From assembly GCA_038153405.1 (NCBI GenBank), contig JAYOYH010000023.1, forward strand, positions 16,982 through 46,895: 29,914 nt of DNA, written 5' to 3'. Within the stretch, counting starts at the first letter, position 1, and the number at the start of each line of letters is the position of its first letter. Positions 26,051 through 29,914 of the stretch are shown piece after piece. Made by a program: the position numbers and the translations under genes. A model generated the notes under the pieces. The model did not search any database. It was not told the DNA's origin and was given only the letters and a program-made list of their open reading frames with translations. The stretch is from Gemmatimonadota bacterium (GTDB lineage: Bacteria; Latescibacterota; UBA2968; UBA8231).

Positions 26051-26640
26051 TCGGAAGCGGGCTGCTACTGTGCTTGATTGGCGTTGGTCTCATAGGCTGC
26101 GGTGGCGGAGCCTCGCCCCCCGAGGATCCCCAGTGGGATGCGCTCTTTGCCGATTCAAGTGTGCGAGTCGATACGGTGGGCGTGCGCAATCTGGCGCAGG
26201 CCGATACGACGAGTGACTACGAGGGGCTCGTTATAATTGATCGCCAGTTTACCTTTCCGCCCGAGGCGCAGGGCGGCGAGGTCTTTGCCTGGGAGTACTA
26301 TGCCGAATCGCTCGATCCGATTAAGCTCATTATGGTGCAGGTCGAGGAGTCGGGCGAATTGGTCGAAATCATCGGCGAAAGCGAGATGGTCGTGCCGGAG
26401 CGCAAAGGCGTCAACCGGCATATCCTGCGCGAACCCATACCGGTGCAATTTGGCTGTATGATGGGGCTGGTGCAGCCGCAGAACGCCGTCGTTCCGTTCC
26501 GCGTGCTCAAGGGCTATAAGACGCTTATAACGGCGCGCGATTTTGAACGCCCATTTATGCGCCGCGATGCTTTTGCCATGTATGGTTGGCGCTATGCCAT
26601 GCGCGTTTTCTGGAGAGTGAATACGGGGGATACATTATGA
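26047..26640 (+). CDS. Putative lipoprotein, beta-rich, unknown function (197 aa)
   Basis: GAGGTG RBS before TTG 26047; hydrophobic signal with lipobox LIG-C followed by a GGGASPP linker; same frame as ORF 25879..26640. Confidence 0.72.
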   Translation: MIGSGLLLCLIGVGLIGCGGGASPPEDPQWDALFADSSVRVDTVGVRNLAQADTTSDYEGLVIIDRQFTFPPEAQGGEVFAWEYYAESLDPIKLIMVQVEESGELVEIIGESEMVVPERKGVNRHILREPIPVQFGCMMGLVQPQNAVVPFRVLKGYKTLITARDFERPFMRRDAFAMYGWRYAMRVFWRVNTGDTL

Positions 26641-27359
26641 GGTTTGTGCTGTGTGCAGTCGTCTGTTTAGCGGTCGCCTGTGCTTCTGAAGACGAGCGAA
26701 GGGCCGATCCACAGGTAGAGCGCATGCAGGCGGAACTGACACAATTGCGCAACGCGTTGCAGGAGCGTCCGGGGACGCCGCTGCTCGAGTTTCAGATCGG
26801 ACAGGTATTTGACCAGTACGGCCTAGTGGATTCAGCCCGGGCGGCCTACGAGCGCAGCGTCGAGCTGTACGAGGCCTTTCCCGAGGCCCATCTCCAACTG
26901 GCGCAAATTTACTACGAAAGCGGCCTGCTGGAAAAGTCGGTGCGGGCCTACGAGCAGGTCGTCCGCTTTGATATAGAAAATGCCGCTGCGTACAACAACC
27001 TCGGGTACGTCCACAAAAAGCTGGGCGATCTCGACAAAGCGGCTGCAGCCTATGAGCAGGCCATTGCGGCAGACAGCGCGTTTGTCCAGGCCTACAATAA
27101 TTTGGGACAGTTGTACAAAGATCAGGAGCGCGATGAGGAGGCGATCGCCCTCCTGCGCCGGGCCATTGCCATACGCGGCGACTTCGCCGAAGCCTACATT
27201 AATCTAGGCGGTTTGTACCAGATACGGGGAGACATTGAGGCCGAAACCCTCGTCTGGCGCAAGTTCCTCGAACAGTTTGGCGAGCAGCAGGAGTATAGCG
27301 CGCATGCGCAAGACCGCCTACTGGCGTTGGGTGAACCTGCGCAGGGCGCTGATAATTAG
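26637..27359 (+). CDS. TPR-repeat lipoprotein (240 aa)
   Basis: ATGA overlap with the upstream gene; MRFVLCAVVCLAVA-C lipobox; TPR motifs EAHLQLA, AYNNLG (x2), AYINLG. Confidence 0.88.
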   Translation: MRFVLCAVVCLAVACASEDERRADPQVERMQAELTQLRNALQERPGTPLLEFQIGQVFDQYGLVDSARAAYERSVELYEAFPEAHLQLAQIYYESGLLEKSVRAYEQVVRFDIENAAAYNNLGYVHKKLGDLDKAAAAYEQAIAADSAFVQAYNNLGQLYKDQERDEEAIALLRRAIAIRGDFAEAYINLGGLYQIRGDIEAETLVWRKFLEQFGEQQEYSAHAQDRLLALGEPAQGADN

Positions 27360-27392
27360 GCGGTATAGCCCCAATTCCTCATTCGCAATAGT

Positions 27393-27435
27393 GCTGGGGG
27401 CGGTGCCATAGCGCACCGCCCCCAGCTGTTTTTTT
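27393..27435 (+). terminator. Rho-independent terminator
   Basis: 14-bp perfect stem GCTGGGGGCGGTGC-catagc-GCACCGCCCCCAGC followed by TGTTTTTTT. Confidence 0.9.
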
Positions 27436-27970
27436 AATAGATATCGGCCGCGTCTGTGCCGCTGAGAACGTGGCGAAATGCGCGTGCATAGACGGCGCTG
27501 GAAGCGACTACCAGTGCTGCCGATGCCAGCACCAGTGCGGTGCTCAGCAGCACTGGTGCATGGAGGACGAAGCTGAGCGTGGTAAAGCCCATACAGGCCG
27601 TGGTGGACTTGCCCCAGCGGTTTGCGGCGATGACAAATCCGCGCGAGCGCAGCAGGTAGGTGCCAGCGGCAACAATGGCGATGTCGCGCACTAATAGCAT
27701 GGCCAGCAGCCAGGCGGGAAAATCACCCCAGGCGACCAATCCGCCTAACAGGCAGGTGAGAAAGACTTTATCGGAAAGGGGATCGAGCATTTTGCCCGTG
27801 CGCGATACCTGTCCCAAGCGGCGCGCGATAAAGCCATCGCCTAGGTCGGTCGCTGCCGCCAGCAGGAGTAGTCCCACGGTCGTAGCGGTCATATCGTCGC
27901 CCCGGCGCAGGCTGTAGAGCAGCGGGGCCGTCAGCGCTATGCGCGATAGGCTCAAGACATTGGCTAGCAT
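27434..27970 (-). CDS. CDP-alcohol phosphatidyltransferase (PgsA-like)
   Basis: ANVLSLSRI; signature DxxDGxxAR..GxxxDxxxD (TDLGDGFIARRLGQVSRTGKMLDPLSDK); WGK. Confidence 0.9.
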   Translation of the reverse strand: MLANVLSLSRIALTAPLLYSLRRGDDMTATTVGLLLLAAATDLGDGFIARRLGQVSRTGKMLDPLSDKVFLTCLLGGLVAWGDFPAWLLAMLLVRDIAIVAAGTYLLRSRGFVIAANRWGKSTTACMGFTTLSFVLHAPVLLSTALVLASAALVVASSAVYARAFRHVLSGTDAADIY

Positions 27971-27971
27971 A

Positions 27972-29666
27972 CTACTGGATCATTTCGCGCGCGTGCTGTC
28001 GCGCCGTCTCCGAAATGGTTTCGCCGGCCAATAGGTAGGCAATTTCCTCCGTGCGCCCTTCCTGATCGAGCCGCTGGACGCGCGTGGTCGTACGCGCACC
28101 CACCTTCTCCTTGCGCACGGAGAAGTGGTGATTGGCCAGACTGGCAATCTGCGGCAGGTGCGTAATGACAACGGTCTGATGGGATGCTGCAAGCGTTTGC
28201 AGCTTGCGGCCAACGGCTGCGGCTATGCGTCCGGAAATACCTGAATCTACTTCGTCGAATACCAGAACGGATATCAGGTCGCGCTCTGCGATGGCTTCTT
28301 TGATCGCCAACATAATGCGCGAGACTTCGCCGCCAGAAGCGATGCGCTCTAGAGGTCGCGTGGCACCGCCGAGGTTGGTGCTGATGTGAAACGAAACCTG
28401 TTCGGCGCCGCGCTCACCGGCATAGATGCGGCGACCATCGCGCTCGACGAGGCCCTCTGCCTCCTCGCGCACGGCTAGTTGGACGGCAAATACACCGTGC
28501 TCAATTCCGAGGTCGGCTAGGCTTTGCTCAACGGCTTTTTCCAGCGCGCGCGCCGCGCTTTCTCGCTGTGCGGAGAGTGCGGCGCAGGCTTCGACAAAGC
28601 GCTGCTTAGCGGCAGCGCACTCGCGTTCAGCCTCGGCAACGCGCTCGTTGAGCGCTGCCGTTCGATGTTCGCCGTGCTCCAATTCTGCGCCGTGCGCCAG
28701 CACAGCGGCTAGGGTGGAGCCGTATTTGCGCTTTAGCGTGCGCAGGGCTTCGAGGCGTTCGCGCACTTGCTCAGAGCGCATGGGATCGCTGTCGAGGCTG
28801 CGCCCGTAGTTGCGCAGGGCGCTGGCGAGGTCTTCCACTAAATAGATTATTTCTTCGAGGCTGGCGGCGCGTTTTTCCAGCGTTGGGTCGATCTCCGCAA
28901 TGCGGTCGAGGCGCCGACGCACCTGGCCGAGCTGTTCGTACACCGAACCGTCGCGCTGGTAGAGCTGGTCGTGGGCTTCTTCACCCAGCTGGATCAGAGT
29001 GTGTGCGTTGTCGAGCACTTGGAGCTCGCTCTGCAGCGCTTCCTCTTCGTCGGGCTGCGGGGCCAGCTCGCGTATTTCTGCCAGCTGAAAGGCGCGCAAT
29101 TCTTCGTCGGCCAGCAGTTTGTCGCGCTCGCTCTGCAGTTGGCCGAGGGCGCTCTCGCTGTTGCGCAGGGCGCGCCACAGCAGCGCCAGTTCACGTACCT
29201 GCTGCTCTAGTCGGCCAAAGGCATCGAGGTAAGCTATGTGGAGTTGGGGTTCGAGCAGGGATTGATGCTCGTGCTGTCCGTGCAAGTCGACGAGCAATGC
29301 GCCTATTTGGCGCAGAACTTTGACCTGACTTCCGCTGCCGTTTACGTAGGCGCGCGAGCGGCCGTTGCCGAGAATCTCGCGGCGCAAAAAGAGCTGTCCC
29401 TCTTCGCACTCGACGCCAATCTGGCGTAGACGCGCGGCCAAATCGCCGTTGGGATCGAACTCCATCAGCCCTTCGACGACGCACCGCTCTGCGCCCTGGC
29501 GGACCAGTTCGGCGCTAGTCGGACCGCCTAGAATGGAGTAGAGCGCACCGAGAATAATCGATTTGCCCGCTCCGGTTTCTCCGGTGATGACGTTGAGTCC
29601 GCTGCCGAACTCGATCTCCGCTTCCTCGATAAGGGCGAAGTCGCGTATAAACAGTCGGGTCAGCAT
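27972..29666 (-). CDS. recN: DNA repair protein RecN
   Basis: ITGETGAGKS, DLHGQHEHQ, coiled coil, ASGGEVSR, FDEVDSGISG, ITHLPQIA. Confidence 0.97.
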   Translation of the reverse strand: MLTRLFIRDFALIEEAEIEFGSGLNVITGETGAGKSIILGALYSILGGPTSAELVRQGAERCVVEGLMEFDPNGDLAARLRQIGVECEEGQLFLRREILGNGRSRAYVNGSGSQVKVLRQIGALLVDLHGQHEHQSLLEPQLHIAYLDAFGRLEQQVRELALLWRALRNSESALGQLQSERDKLLADEELRAFQLAEIRELAPQPDEEEALQSELQVLDNAHTLIQLGEEAHDQLYQRDGSVYEQLGQVRRRLDRIAEIDPTLEKRAASLEEIIYLVEDLASALRNYGRSLDSDPMRSEQVRERLEALRTLKRKYGSTLAAVLAHGAELEHGEHRTAALNERVAEAERECAAAKQRFVEACAALSAQRESAARALEKAVEQSLADLGIEHGVFAVQLAVREEAEGLVERDGRRIYAGERGAEQVSFHISTNLGGATRPLERIASGGEVSRIMLAIKEAIAERDLISVLVFDEVDSGISGRIAAAVGRKLQTLAASHQTVVITHLPQIASLANHHFSVRKEKVGARTTTRVQRLDQEGRTEEIAYLLAGETISETARQHAREMIQ

Positions 29667-29676
29667 AGCGCGCTGC

Positions 29677-29913
29677 TTAGGCGTCTTCTTCCGCGTCGAG
29701 AAACTCCAGTCGGAATTCCTCTTCGCCTTCCGCGATTAAAACCTGTACGCGCTTGCGGGCTTGGTCCAACCACTGGTTACAGGCTCGCGAGGCGGCAATG
29801 CCCCTTTCAAAGGTCGCCAGTGCCTCTTCCAATTTTAAATCGCCCGTCTCGAGCTGCTCGACGCTTTCTTCGAGCCGCTCAAGCGCCTCTTCAAATGAAT
29901 TAGGTTCGCTCAT
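29677..29913 (-). CDS. xseB: Exodeoxyribonuclease VII small subunit
   Basis: SFEEALERLEESVEQLETGDLKLEEALATFERG..C...L..A...VQ.L pattern, 78 aa. Confidence 0.93.
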   Translation of the reverse strand: MSEPNSFEEALERLEESVEQLETGDLKLEEALATFERGIAASRACNQWLDQARKRVQVLIAEGEEEFRLEFLDAEEDA

Positions 29914-29914
29914 T

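Overview
GC-rich bacterial chromosomal window, mostly housekeeping and carbohydrate-metabolism genes. I found no rRNA, tRNA, CRISPR array, integrase or transposase. In order: a partial CDS and a possible aminotransferase remnant; a small lipoprotein; aldo-keto reductase plus Gfo/Idh/MocA oxidoreductase; large single-chain purL; sucA-sucB-lpdA followed by a stand-alone MEKHLA protein; a variant hisI; SDR plus DapA/NanA-family lyase; an AT-richer patch with an 83-aa ORF and an unannotated 29-aa membrane peptide; a WecA/MraY-like transferase, P-loop kinase and NupC transporter run, divergent from a DegT aminotransferase; a CBM9-like protein divergent from a uronate-dehydrogenase-like enzyme; an envelope operon; and pgsA-like, recN, xseB. 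The envelope operon (about 22246-27435) is the most interesting part. It has a clear sigma70-like promoter and a highly structured 5' leader. It encodes a 1129-aa gluzincin/PD40-propeller/putative Omp85-barrel protein, two tandem Arg/Trp-rich small ORFs missed by the ORF track, two coupled lipoproteins (one TPR), and ends in a strong terminator. The gene content is reminiscent of FCB-group lineages such as Latescibacterota, but that is an unverified impression. All calls come from motif recognition by eye; no database searches were run.
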